This document shows, piece by piece, positions 46,773 through 56,690 of a DNA stretch of 64,000 nucleotides (the stretch's first letter is position 1; the number at the start of each line of letters is the position of its first letter). The notes beneath the pieces were generated by a model. It was not told the DNA's origin, ran no database searches, and was given only the letters and a program-made list of their open reading frames with translations. The position numbers and the translations under genes were made by a program. Where the stretch lies: assembly GCA_029259175.1 (NCBI GenBank), contig JAPDJH010000004.1:32001-96000 (forward strand), written 5' to 3'. Source of the DNA: Hadesarchaea archaeon (GTDB taxonomy: Archaea; Hadarchaeota; Hadarchaeia; Hadarchaeales; Hadarchaeaceae).

Positions 46773-47777
46773 TCAGCTACGCACCTTTACAAATCTGCCC
46801 AATTTGGCCGATTTCTTAGCCGCAACAACCAACTCTAGGATTTTTTTGCCCTCATGCCCGTCGATTAGGGGTTTTTGTCTTCTACGTATACACTCTATGA
46901 AGTGTCGGAGTTCAGCTAGATACATGTCATTTATTTTGAAGTTGTACTTTGTAATTTTCCAGGGGCCTCCTCGGGAGATGCCCACTAAATTCTTTGAAAA
47001 TTCCCAAAGCAAGTTCCCTTTTTCCCCTGTGGCTTCGATTCTGTTTGTATACACCCTACTCAAGTAATTCAGCTCAATCGTTACCACAGTCCCGCCTCTC
47101 AGCATGAAAATAAAAGTGGCGAGATCTTCTGTGTCTATATCTAAATCGCTGATTTTTACATAATGGCAAGCAACTTTTTCCGCCTCCCCAAATATCCATC
47201 GCATCATATCGAGTGAATGAGTCCCATCGAGCAGGACCCCTCCTCCTAAAGCTCTCCTAGCGCTATACTCTTTGCGGTAGTCTGATCTCGGATGCCAATA
47301 CGGAAGGTAGTATCCCCCCACTATTCGGGCAGAGTAAACCTTACCGATAGCTCCTCTCGTTACTAGTTGCCTTAGCTTAATTATCCCCGGATTAAATCTA
47401 TAACACATGCCAACCATTAGAATTAACTTTTTCTTCTCGACAAGACGCAATAGTGAATCGACGCCTTTTAAATCGGCGGCCAAAGGCTTTTCTACGAAAA
47501 TATCGACGCCTGTCTTTGCTAGTTGTTTGGACATTGATAAATGAAGACTCGTGGGAGTACATACAAATGCTGCTTGCAGAGATGGGTTGTTTGAAATCGC
47601 CTTTTCAAAATCCGTGTACAACTCTCGAATCCCAAATCTTCTAGAAATCTGTTGTAGCCGGTTTTTGTCTTTATCACATGCAACTATATCTCTCATCCCT
47701 AATGCAAACAGGTTTGATATGTGCCGGCTCCCAATCGATCCACAACCAATAACTAAAAATTTCAAAGTCTCCCTCAC
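46773..47777 (-). CDS. Gfo/Idh/MocA oxidoreductase
   Basis: IGCGSIG.RH, VEKP, GGGVLLD..H.LD. Confidence 0.92.
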   Translation of the reverse strand: MRETLKFLVIGCGSIGSRHISNLFALGMRDIVACDKDKNRLQQISRRFGIRELYTDFEKAISNNPSLQAAFVCTPTSLHLSMSKQLAKTGVDIFVEKPLAADLKGVDSLLRLVEKKKLILMVGMCYRFNPGIIKLRQLVTRGAIGKVYSARIVGGYYLPYWHPRSDYRKEYSARRALGGGVLLDGTHSLDMMRWIFGEAEKVACHYVKISDLDIDTEDLATFIFMLRGGTVVTIELNYLSRVYTNRIEATGEKGNLLWEFSKNLVGISRGGPWKITKYNFKINDMYLAELRHFIECIRRRQKPLIDGHEGKKILELVVAAKKSAKLGRFVKVRS

Positions 47778-49096
47778 GCGGTGAGTCTTTTAAAACCTTC
47801 TAAAGCTACCGGTCCCTTCAACATGGAGTAAACTTCTTTTTTCTTCATCCCAGCTATTTTTTTAAATACCATTTCAACACTCTTGAAATATTTATTCAAA
47901 TGCGATTTGCGATGGCTATAGGAAACGTAAACCGTTTTGGTCGCTAAAAAACCTTTTTCCAGCATTTCTTGAGTGAAGAAGGTGTAAAGAGCCTGATTTA
48001 GCTCTCCGTAATTGAACTTGAAAGTAGGAACCGAGGGGAGTCCCACTACCTCCAACTCTAATCCACAACTCTCAGCAAGTTCCACCCAACCTCTCTTTAT
48101 TTCCTTGCCCACCTTACAGATATGTCGTGGTACTTGACATTCACTCATCTTGGTAATGGTTGCGATAGCGGCTGCAGGACCCACACGTTCTGTCCAATAC
48201 GTGCTGCTTATGAAACTGTCTTGAGCCACGTCCATAATTTCTCTCTTTCCTATCACTGCAGCCATTGGAAAACCGTTGCTCATCGCTTTGCCAAAAACGG
48301 CAAGATCAGGATACACCCTATAGTACATATGAATGCCGCCCACATTGACGCGCCAACCTGAAGAGACCTCGTCAAAAATGAGAACAGCTCCGATACGATC
48401 AGCTATTTTTCTGACCTTTTGCAAGAATTTGTTCTTAGGCTCTCGTTCTCTTCTGGGCTCCATTACAATAGTTCCGATATCGTTATTATCCACAATTTTT
48501 TCAAGTTCTTCAATTTTGTTGTAACGAAATGGTATCGCGGTTCCTTTCAAAGCCCGCGGAACTCCAAGAGGCTTGAGGCCGGGAAGCAAATGTCCATCTA
48601 AGGCTTTCTCGTCGGCCAAGTTTGCGGCCAGATACCAATCAGACCAACCGTGGTAGCCGCAAAATGCTACTTTATCTTTCCCCGTGCTTGCCCTAGCAAT
48701 CCTCACTGCCACTGCCATGGCTTCACCGCCAGTCCTCGCATATCTCACCATGTCTGCCCAAGGATGAAGTTTTAACAAAAGTTCTGCTAGCTCGACCTCT
48801 TCAGGTGAATTTAGAGTGCACATAGAACCTCCATCTATCACATCCTTGACAGCCCTGTTAACATCGGGATCAGCGTAGCCGAGAATGCATGAACCGACAC
48901 CCATGTAAGACATATCCAAATATTGCTTTCCTTCTAGCGTCCATACCCTAACACCTTTCGCCTTCTTGAAGTATGCTGGCCACAATTTTGGCAAAAAATG
49001 TTCAGAACGTTTTGAGAGCATCTGGGTTCCCCCGGGGATTATCTTTTTTGCTTTTTCCCAAAGTTTTGCCCCAACATTTTTGGATTCGCTCGCCAT
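47774..49096 (-). CDS. class III aminotransferase (GSA-aminomutase-like, glycan-cluster type)
   Basis: IPGG, TGGEA, YHGW.DW, FDEV, FGKAMSNG, SSTYW. Confidence 0.88.
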   Translation of the reverse strand: MASESKNVGAKLWEKAKKIIPGGTQMLSKRSEHFLPKLWPAYFKKAKGVRVWTLEGKQYLDMSYMGVGSCILGYADPDVNRAVKDVIDGGSMCTLNSPEEVELAELLLKLHPWADMVRYARTGGEAMAVAVRIARASTGKDKVAFCGYHGWSDWYLAANLADEKALDGHLLPGLKPLGVPRALKGTAIPFRYNKIEELEKIVDNNDIGTIVMEPRREREPKNKFLQKVRKIADRIGAVLIFDEVSSGWRVNVGGIHMYYRVYPDLAVFGKAMSNGFPMAAVIGKREIMDVAQDSFISSTYWTERVGPAAAIATITKMSECQVPRHICKVGKEIKRGWVELAESCGLELEVVGLPSVPTFKFNYGELNQALYTFFTQEMLEKGFLATKTVYVSYSHRKSHLNKYFKSVEMVFKKIAGMKKKEVYSMLKGPVALEGFKRLTA

Positions 49097-49100
49097 CTGC

Positions 49101-50150
49101 TCACCCTATTTTATCCCACGTTATCGGCTCATATCTTTTGATATTTTTCTTCGCTCTTTTTCCAATTACTTTGTGTAAATACTTCGGCTCCAGCCCAAGT
49201 GCAGGTCTTAAAATTGTTAGCATTTCCTTTTTCAAAACGGTTCCGGCCGGAATATCCGTTGCCGCGAATATACTTCTTCTCCCAAGAAATCTTCCTTCTT
49301 TTTCGCCTTCAAGAACTTCTTTAATACCTCGACCACGCATCTTCTCTACTTCACGAATGCTATTTACCATTTTCATAAGCTCTCGAGGTTCCAAAGCAAA
49401 AAAATGATCTGGCCCCCTCAGCTTACGACTAATCGTGAAATGTTTTTCTATCATTACTGCACCCAACGCTACTGCAGCAATTGAGGCTTCTATCCCCAGA
49501 GTATGATCTGAAAACCCTACCGGCAACCGAAATTTCTTCTCAAGTGTTTTCATTACTAAAAGGTTGACATTCTCAGGAGGGGTTGGATACATAGACACAC
49601 AGTGCAATAAGATTACATCTTTATTCCCCGTCTTTTTTATTGTATTCACCGCCTCTCGGACTTCTTGTAGGGTTGATACGCCGGTGGAAACTATCATAGG
49701 TTTTCCCTTGCGAGCCATGTATCTAATCAGCGGAAGATTTGTCAAATCTCCCGAAGCCACTTTAAAGGCCGGAACTCCAATCTCGTCTAAAAGATCTACC
49801 GCCTCTTCATCGAAAGGGGATGACAGAAAAATTAGTCCGCGCTTCTCTGCATATTCTGCGAGTATCCGGTGCCATCGGCGAGGAAGTTCCACGCGCTTAA
49901 AACTCTCATACATGGCGGCGCATCTGGCAGGTGTTTCTTCATCTCCGGTTCCCGGAACTAACCTTGCTACCAACTTGTCAGCGCTAAAAGTTTGAAACTT
50001 TATGGCATCGGCACCCGCTTTTGCTGCAATATCTATTAGGCGCTTGGCCTGCTCCAATTTTCGATCATGATTGGAACCTGCCTCAGCGATTATAAAAACG
50101 GGTTCACCATTGCCCACGAACCTCTCGCCTATTTTTATTTTTTTAGTCAT
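49101..50150 (-). CDS. nonulosonic acid synthase, NeuB/PseI family, with SAF domain
   Basis: IAEAGSNH, KFQTF, SSPFD, KVAS, LHCVS.YP, GFSDHT, IEKHFT. Confidence 0.94.
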   Translation of the reverse strand: MTKKIKIGERFVGNGEPVFIIAEAGSNHDRKLEQAKRLIDIAAKAGADAIKFQTFSADKLVARLVPGTGDEETPARCAAMYESFKRVELPRRWHRILAEYAEKRGLIFLSSPFDEEAVDLLDEIGVPAFKVASGDLTNLPLIRYMARKGKPMIVSTGVSTLQEVREAVNTIKKTGNKDVILLHCVSMYPTPPENVNLLVMKTLEKKFRLPVGFSDHTLGIEASIAAVALGAVMIEKHFTISRKLRGPDHFFALEPRELMKMVNSIREVEKMRGRGIKEVLEGEKEGRFLGRRSIFAATDIPAGTVLKKEMLTILRPALGLEPKYLHKVIGKRAKKNIKRYEPITWDKIG

Positions 50151-51291
50151 GAAGTTCACCTATTGTCTCTTTAACTATATCTACTACTCTATTCACATCT
50201 CTCTTTGTCATTCGCGGGAACAAGGGAAGAGTAAGCACCCTTTTAGCGATGTCCTTGGTAACCGGAAGATCTCCTGATTTGAAGCCACGTTTCTTGTAAA
50301 ACGTGAATGTGTATACTGGAGGATAATGAACGGTTGCTCCTATTCCTTTAGACCTTAATGTAGAAACAAACCCGTTTCGATCAATCATAGGATCTAATAA
50401 CACTGTATAGAGGTGCCAGGCGTGTTTAACATTCGGTTTTTCAACAGGCAGGGTAAGCATCGGTGTTCCTTGAAGTTTTTTTGTATAGGTCTCCGCCAAT
50501 TCCCTTCTTTTTCTCAAGAATTTGTCCAGCTTTCGTAGCTGGGAAACTCCCAACGCTGCTTGAAAATCGGTCATCCGATAATTCCTACCCAAAAGCCGCA
50601 CATCATAAGACCAAGAATGACGGCTATCGAATCTTTCCAAGGCACTTCGATCTATCCCGTGATTCCTTAGAATCCTCATCCTATCAGCCAATCTCTTATC
50701 ATTAGTCACACACATACCCCCCTCGCCCGTTGTTACGTGCTTCACTGGGTGAAAACTGAATATTGTTATATCCGCGAAGCTTCCTACTTTTTTTCCTCTA
50801 TACTCGGCTCCGAGTGCATGGGCGGCATCTTCAATTAAGTACAAGTCATGTTCTTCTGCTATCTCTTTTATCTCTGCGATATCGCACGGATGGCCGGCGA
50901 AATCTACGTAAAGTATCGCTCTTGTTTTGGCAGTTATTTTTTTTCTTATGTCGTCTGGATCGATATTATAAGTATCCTTCTGGATATCAGCAAATACTGG
51001 CTTCAAATTGTTGAAAAGAATGGCGTTAACTGTTGCCACGAAAGTGAAAGGTGTGGTTATCACCTCAGCTTTTTTTAGTCCAAGGGACGCAATGGCAATG
51101 TCGAGTGCACTTGTCCCGGAATTTACTGCGATCCCGTATTTACAATTTACATATTTACACACTGCTTCTTCAAACTCTTCTACCTTACGGCCCATCACTA
51201 TCCAATCACTTTTCAGGACACTCACTACTTGGTCAATGTCCTCCCTATCGATCCAATGTAGCCCGTAGGGGAGAAAATAACGTGGTGCCAT
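50143..51291 (-). CDS. pseC: PseC-type UDP-4-amino-sugar aminotransferase
   Basis: PYG.HWID..DI, EDAAHA, FSFHPVKHVTTGEGG, NYRMTDFQAALG. Confidence 0.85.
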   Translation of the reverse strand: MAPRYFLPYGLHWIDREDIDQVVSVLKSDWIVMGRKVEEFEEAVCKYVNCKYGIAVNSGTSALDIAIASLGLKKAEVITTPFTFVATVNAILFNNLKPVFADIQKDTYNIDPDDIRKKITAKTRAILYVDFAGHPCDIAEIKEIAEEHDLYLIEDAAHALGAEYRGKKVGSFADITIFSFHPVKHVTTGEGGMCVTNDKRLADRMRILRNHGIDRSALERFDSRHSWSYDVRLLGRNYRMTDFQAALGVSQLRKLDKFLRKRRELAETYTKKLQGTPMLTLPVEKPNVKHAWHLYTVLLDPMIDRNGFVSTLRSKGIGATVHYPPVYTFTFYKKRGFKSGDLPVTKDIAKRVLTLPLFPRMTKRDVNRVVDIVKETIGELHD

Positions 51292-51297
51292 ACGTAT

Positions 51298-52407
51298 TCA
51301 CCTGATTATTCGCTTAGCAAATTCATTCACGCGGCTCTTCATAATTCTGAGGAAGTATTCTCGGTTCCAGAACTTTTCTCCCCGGAACATCGGATAGACC
51401 TTTCCTCCAAACCCTGATTTGAAAAAAGTAATGTTTTTCTCTTTCTCAGAAGGCATATCATATAGCAGATCACCAAACTGCTGAAGTCCTACTTCGAAAA
51501 ATTCGCAACCCTTTCTTTTTAACCACATCATCGTCTCCCACAAAAGCAAAGAAGAGATTGGAACATCTGCATGTTCAGGATCATTTGCGCTTGAACCATA
51601 ATAGCACGCGTTCTTATAATAAAACATATACCCAAACCCAACATACTCGTCTTTTCGTCTTGCAGCGGATAGAAAACCGTGACCCTGTTTTATCCATTCG
51701 TACCACATCTCGAAGGTTACCAAGGGCCGAGTAATTCTTCCTGCAGCTTTGTGGTGCAACTTCCTATATTTTTCATAAATTTCTTTTGTTATCTTGTCCT
51801 TGTCAAAAACCTCAAAGGTGAGTTCGCGCTTAGCTTTTTTTACATTCCACCTATTGCCTTTTCGCATATCATTCCAAAGGTTATTTTTCCTCAAATCGAT
51901 TATGCGCGTGTTCAAAGAACAATCGTTAAATCCGTATTTCATTAATATATTAAAAGTAGGAAATTCTCCACGAAGCGATATAGGTATGAGAGGTGTTAAG
52001 TAGACAAGCGAGTATGCCACGTCTTCTTCTCTTGCTATTTCATCAAATATGGCGAAAATATAGCCGAGAATTTTTTCCCTTTCCTTTTCCGAAATGTTGC
52101 TTTTTAGTGCAGGAAAAAGAATTGGCCCCTCCGCCATTCTAAATACCTTATATGTTTTATTTTCTATCTCGTGATTCTCGACAAATAGTGGAACTACTGC
52201 TATTATCTCTCGGTTGCGCTTAAGAAAGAAACTCTGTGACTCTGTTTTCAAATGCGGCTTATAATGAACGCAGTATTCTATCCAATTAGAGGTATGCCAA
52301 AACCATGCATAATCACTTTGGAAACAGAATTCATCCCATTCTGGACGATTGGCCTTTTTCAAGTACTCAATATCCATGGGTTTCACCCGGTTATAGATTT
52401 CATCCAT
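51298..52407 (-). CDS. GNAT (FemAB-like, tandem) acyltransferase
   Basis: W.EF, IIDLR...W..MRK..R..VKKA, YY..SA, FK..FGG. Confidence 0.78.
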   Translation of the reverse strand: MDEIYNRVKPMDIEYLKKANRPEWDEFCFQSDYAWFWHTSNWIEYCVHYKPHLKTESQSFFLKRNREIIAVVPLFVENHEIENKTYKVFRMAEGPILFPALKSNISEKEREKILGYIFAIFDEIAREEDVAYSLVYLTPLIPISLRGEFPTFNILMKYGFNDCSLNTRIIDLRKNNLWNDMRKGNRWNVKKAKRELTFEVFDKDKITKEIYEKYRKLHHKAAGRITRPLVTFEMWYEWIKQGHGFLSAARRKDEYVGFGYMFYYKNACYYGSSANDPEHADVPISSLLLWETMMWLKRKGCEFFEVGLQQFGDLLYDMPSEKEKNITFFKSGFGGKVYPMFRGEKFWNREYFLRIMKSRVNEFAKRIIR

Positions 52408-53315
52408 TCAGTTGTTTTTTTTATTCCTTGGTTCAAATCTGTCTTGGGTCTCCAACCCAACAACTTCTTAGCTTTAGAATAATCACATACCAATTTTCTT
52501 ATTTCTGCTTGTGGATGCGGATGACGCACATGCCGAATCCTCTTCTTATCCCTACATATGAGAAATGCCAACCGATTGATAGAAATGTCCTGCCCTGTTC
52601 CAGCGTTGATCACCTCCCCCACCGCTTTTTTGTTAGACATAGCTCTGAACAAAAAGTCGGCACAGTCTTCCACATAAAGCAAATCTCTCGTTTGCTTCCC
52701 GTCGCCAAAAACCGTGATAGGTTTCCCCTCCAGTTTCTCCCGTATAAATATACTTACAACGCCTCCTTCCGCATCACTTCTTTGATACGGTCCATAGGTG
52801 TTGAATGGTCTCGTAACTACCACCGGCAACCCATACGTTCTGAAATAGGAAAGAACCAGCTCTTCTCCGGCGAGCTTCGAGCTAGCATAGGGGGACTTCG
52901 GTTTTAACGGATGGGTTTCGCTTATTGCTGCTTTTTTGGCACTATCATAAACCATGCACGTGCTAACAAAAACTAATTTGGTGTCGTGTCTTCTGCACAT
53001 CTCTAACAGATTGTACGTCCCTACAATGTTAATCTGAAATGTCTCTCTAGGATTGTCAATCGACTTTTGAACATTTATTTGGGCTGCGAGATGAATACAC
53101 ACTTTTATGCCTTTGAAAATCCTTGCGAGTTTTTTTGAATTCAAAATATCCGCTTTAACAAACGAGAACTTCTTGTTGTCAGAAAATTCCAAAATATTTT
53201 TTGGACTTCCGCTGCTTAAGTTATCGTATGCTATTACTTCATGCCCTCGAGATAGAAGTTCCTTTACCACCCATCTTCCGATAAATCCAGCACCGCCAGT
53301 AACCAAAATTTTCAA
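52383..53315 (-). CDS. NAD-dependent epimerase/dehydratase
   Basis: VTGGAGFIG, STCMVY, YASSK, RPFNTYGP. Confidence 0.93.
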   Translation of the reverse strand: MKILVTGGAGFIGRWVVKELLSRGHEVIAYDNLSSGSPKNILEFSDNKKFSFVKADILNSKKLARIFKGIKVCIHLAAQINVQKSIDNPRETFQINIVGTYNLLEMCRRHDTKLVFVSTCMVYDSAKKAAISETHPLKPKSPYASSKLAGEELVLSYFRTYGLPVVVTRPFNTYGPYQRSDAEGGVVSIFIREKLEGKPITVFGDGKQTRDLLYVEDCADFLFRAMSNKKAVGEVINAGTGQDISINRLAFLICRDKKRIRHVRHPHPQAEIRKLVCDYSKAKKLLGWRPKTDLNQGIKKTTEWMKSITG

Positions 53316-54352
53316 AGCAGCCCCTCCGGCAGGGCACTATCCAAAAGTTTTTTGATTTCTTCTTTTTTCAGAGGAGCTTCATCACAGGAACGATATGATT
53401 TGGGCTTGGCTTTTTTTGCGCCCGGATAAATAAACTTTATATTTTTGGAAACAAGTTCACGCATTTCTGGCAAAATTATAAACATCTCCTTGGTTTCCAA
53501 TGCTCGACGCGCTTCATCTTCAGTCATTAGTTCTTCATACAGTTTCTCTCCAGCTTTTCTACCAATTATTTTGATCTTATTCACCCGGTGCCCAAATTTG
53601 GTAGCGTATTTTCGACTCATTACTTCGGCTAAGTCAAGAATACGAATAGCTGGCATCTTGAAAACGAAAATTTCTCCGCCCCGAGCCATTTCAGTTGCCT
53701 TGATAAGCAGTCGGACCGCCTCTCTACTGGACATCACGAATCGCGTCATATTAGGATCGGTAATTGTCAACGGCTTTCCCTGCTCCAGCTGTTTGAGGAA
53801 AGTATTTGTAACAGATCCGCTGGACCAGAGCACATTTCCAAATCTAACACTCGAAAAAACCGATTTCCTCGGTCCTTTATAATAGTTGGCAGCAATGATC
53901 AGCCGCTCGCAAAGAAGTTTGGTCGCCCCCATCACGTTTACAGGGTTCACAGCTTTATCGCTGCTCGTGAATATTACTTTCTCAACCTCGGCTTGGATAG
54001 CTACATCTATCACATTCTCCGTGCCTATAACGTTCGTTTTTACAGCCTCAAATGGATTGTACTCACAACTCTCGACGTGTTTCAAGGCCGCCGCATGAAA
54101 GATGATGTCTATGCCGTCGACAGCGTAGCGCAATCTATCTTTGTCTTTTATATCACCCAGTAAAAATCGAACATTCTCCTCTCCATCCAACTGTTGGCGA
54201 AGGACAAATAGCCGTGTTTCATCAGAGTCAAAGATACGTACGACTTTTGGCCCTAATTTTAATAGTTCCTTGACTAGTACGGATCCTATTGATCCAGCGC
54301 CTCCTGTGACCAAGACTCTTTTCCCCTCTAGAAACTTGGATCTTTCTTTCAT
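53312..54352 (-). CDS. UDP-GlcNAc 4,6-dehydratase, PseB/CapD family
   Basis: GGAGSIG, HAAALKHV, SDKAVNP.NVMGATK, RFGNV, MTRF. Confidence 0.92.
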   Translation of the reverse strand: MKERSKFLEGKRVLVTGGAGSIGSVLVKELLKLGPKVVRIFDSDETRLFVLRQQLDGEENVRFLLGDIKDKDRLRYAVDGIDIIFHAAALKHVESCEYNPFEAVKTNVIGTENVIDVAIQAEVEKVIFTSSDKAVNPVNVMGATKLLCERLIIAANYYKGPRKSVFSSVRFGNVLWSSGSVTNTFLKQLEQGKPLTITDPNMTRFVMSSREAVRLLIKATEMARGGEIFVFKMPAIRILDLAEVMSRKYATKFGHRVNKIKIIGRKAGEKLYEELMTEDEARRALETKEMFIILPEMRELVSKNIKFIYPGAKKAKPKSYRSCDEAPLKKEEIKKLLDSALPEGLL

Positions 54353-54383
54353 TTCTAGGACCTCACTTCTATTTTTTTCCCCT

Positions 54384-54391
54384 CATATAAA
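54384..54391 (-). promoter_or_regulatory. putative TATA box of the nonulosonate operon
   Basis: GAA-TTTATATG on the minus strand about 32 nt before ATG 54352, in a 180-nt gap that splits the minus-strand gene run. Confidence 0.45.
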
Positions 54392-54532
54392 TTCGTTAGA
54401 CGCTGTTTTCTGGAAAGTGCTCTTACTATATTTCAGACTGCCTTCGCTAAATGAAAACTCCTCATCGTTTAGTATGGATGTGAGAGTAACTCGGATCCTC
54501 TGTTCTCGAACTACATAACACGCCAACATTGT

Positions 54533-55522
54533 CTAATAAAACCATTTGAAAACAAACCTTGTCAACGGCACGAGAAAATGTTTTGGGACTATTTTAAGCC
54601 ATCGGGGCGGTTTTGAGAGTTTTTGAACCGTATTAGAACAAGTATAGACAGGTTTCGCAGTTCCTCCCCAAGCAGCTTTGAACCAGTAATGCGAAGTCTC
54701 AGGAACTGAAGTGCCGAAATCCACGATATCGACATCTGCATCACACGCTCTTTTTATAATTTCCGAGTACAGCGCATTGTTCGGCGCCAAGTGCAGATAT
54801 TCTTTCTGAGAAGCATTGCTCCATATGTGAACTCTCTTGTTGAAAGAAAACGTCAACAATCCGGCAATCAGTTCCCCGTTGTATCGAGCGGCGAACATTT
54901 GAAATTTTTCACCTAAAAGGTCCGCAATATTGGTGAAAAAACTCAAATGATGTGGTAGCGCCGATAATCTACGCATGGTCTCTATGTAGATCTTGTAATA
55001 TTCCTTGAGAAAACTTCTCGACGTTTCTCTTTCTATAACCACGCCTGATTTTGTCGCCTTGCGGACGGAATTTCTTACTTTTTTTGAGAAATTCTCCATC
55101 CATATCGAATCAAACGAACGTCTGGTGTCCAACCAAAACGTGTCGACAAAGTGATATGCGTGTAGCTTCGGTAACTTGTCCAAAGAATAAATCACAACGT
55201 TCAATCCTTGCTCAGCACAATACTTCAAAACAAACTCCATTAATTGCATGCACGCTTTTTCTTCTCCCAAGGGACCAGCATAATCCGTGAACGGAATCGA
55301 GACAAGTCTTCGGCGGAAAGGATTTTTTGTAATGATCGCTGGCATCGCTGCTTTCATCTCTCCGCTTTCCCGAACACAGAAATAGAGCGGCTTATATCCA
55401 TACGTTTTGTGAAGTATTTCCGGCCACTCATATAACTGAAAAATCGAACCACCGTTTAATTCTACAAATCGGTTCCATTCGTCTTTGTTAGCAAAAGTTT
55501 CAAAAATTATTTCGCTAGTCAT
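54533..55522 (-). CDS. GNAT (FemAB-like) protein
   Basis: LVSIPFTDYAG, R..VRKA...GV, PNNALY, DFG.S, FK..WG. Confidence 0.82.
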   Translation of the reverse strand: MTSEIIFETFANKDEWNRFVELNGGSIFQLYEWPEILHKTYGYKPLYFCVRESGEMKAAMPAIITKNPFRRRLVSIPFTDYAGPLGEEKACMQLMEFVLKYCAEQGLNVVIYSLDKLPKLHAYHFVDTFWLDTRRSFDSIWMENFSKKVRNSVRKATKSGVVIERETSRSFLKEYYKIYIETMRRLSALPHHLSFFTNIADLLGEKFQMFAARYNGELIAGLLTFSFNKRVHIWSNASQKEYLHLAPNNALYSEIIKRACDADVDIVDFGTSVPETSHYWFKAAWGGTAKPVYTCSNTVQKLSKPPRWLKIVPKHFLVPLTRFVFKWFY

Positions 55523-56690
55523 CGCCTAAACCCCGCTCTAATGCATCTTCGAGACAAGATACGATGTAATCTATATCTCGTCTCGAAAAGAAGTGATGAA
55601 ACGGTAAATTAAGTATGGATCTTGACAGCTTGATTGCACTAGGATATTGATCTTGCCGAAGGCGATATTTTCCTACCAATTCTTTTGAAATCACTGGTAT
55701 GTTATGCCATATCTTATCACACAGCACTCCGTTCATCTCCATTATTTCGAACACATAATCTCTAATTTCTGGGTTTGAAAGTCTAACAGAAAAATTCATC
55801 CAAGATGGTTGACCCACCATTGACTGGGGGAAAACTTTTCCAATTTTACCCGCTTTCTTCCGGTAGTATGGAGCAAGCTTAGCTTTCTTTTTCACCATCT
55901 CTGGAATTCTATCCAAGTAGTAGTTAAATATCGCCAAAACGAAAGCATTGCTTCTTTTTATGGGAACCAATCGTTCTTCCAATTTTGCCTTCGAACTCTT
56001 TGACAATTTTATTAACTTTCCTACCGCTTTTCCCACTACACGCGGAGCAATCCCAAGGGAAAGCGATAGCATACCTATTTCAAACATCCCGATTTCTTCT
56101 CTTTTCCCTCGAAACTCTCTGAAGAACTCTTTATTGTTTATAACCAAAAATGCACCCCCCATGTTAGGAATTGTTTTATACATACTAAACAATGCAAAAT
56201 CACCAAAATTTCCCACCATTTGTCCCCGATATCTTGCACCCAGCGCATGGGCACAATCTTCGATTAACAGGAAACCATATTCTTCTTTCAAGTCGAGAAT
56301 TGGTTTGAGATCGCAAGGAGCGCCATACGTGTGGATAATTAAAACAGCTGCTGTTTTTCTACTTACCTTTTCTTGAATCTCGTTCAGATCAACATTGAAT
56401 GTCTTTAAATCCGCATCTAAAAAAATTGGCCGAATCTTCTCTTTCAAAATCAATTGAGTGAAAAAAGGACAAGAGTATGCTGGGAGAAGGACTTCTTTAC
56501 CTTGGAGACCCATCACCCGAAAGGCGTATTGAAGGGCAGATCTTCCCATGTTGAAATCCAGCACAAGCGAATCGGGAAAGAGCGACCTCATTTTGCTCTT
56601 GAAGTATGCTTCTTGATCAACTTCAGAGAAAAACCGGCATATGTCCTGAAACTCCTTCATGGACATCCGGGGATGGATCGTGTATTTCAT
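55515..56690 (-). CDS. DegT/DnrJ/EryC1/StrS-family PLP enzyme
   Basis: GRSAL, HTYG, IEDCAHALG, FSMYK. Confidence 0.86.
   Translation of the reverse strand: MKYTIHPRMSMKEFQDICRFFSEVDQEAYFKSKMRSLFPDSLVLDFNMGRSALQYAFRVMGLQGKEVLLPAYSCPFFTQLILKEKIRPIFLDADLKTFNVDLNEIQEKVSRKTAAVLIIHTYGAPCDLKPILDLKEEYGFLLIEDCAHALGARYRGQMVGNFGDFALFSMYKTIPNMGGAFLVINNKEFFREFRGKREEIGMFEIGMLSLSLGIAPRVVGKAVGKLIKLSKSSKAKLEERLVPIKRSNAFVLAIFNYYLDRIPEMVKKKAKLAPYYRKKAGKIGKVFPQSMVGQPSWMNFSVRLSNPEIRDYVFEIMEMNGVLCDKIWHNIPVISKELVGKYRLRQDQYPSAIKLSRSILNLPFHHFFSRRDIDYIVSCLEDALERGLGDD

Noticed and set aside
47774-49096. hemL (glutamate-1-semialdehyde aminomutase)
   Set aside because: No tetrapyrrole genes nearby; YHGW.DW and SSTYW variants and the context fit glycan-cluster aminotransferases
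54383-54529. 48-codon minus-strand ORF (MLACYVVREQ...) in the intergenic gap
   Set aside because: No motif or SD, and it ends on the likely TATA box; better explained as promoter region
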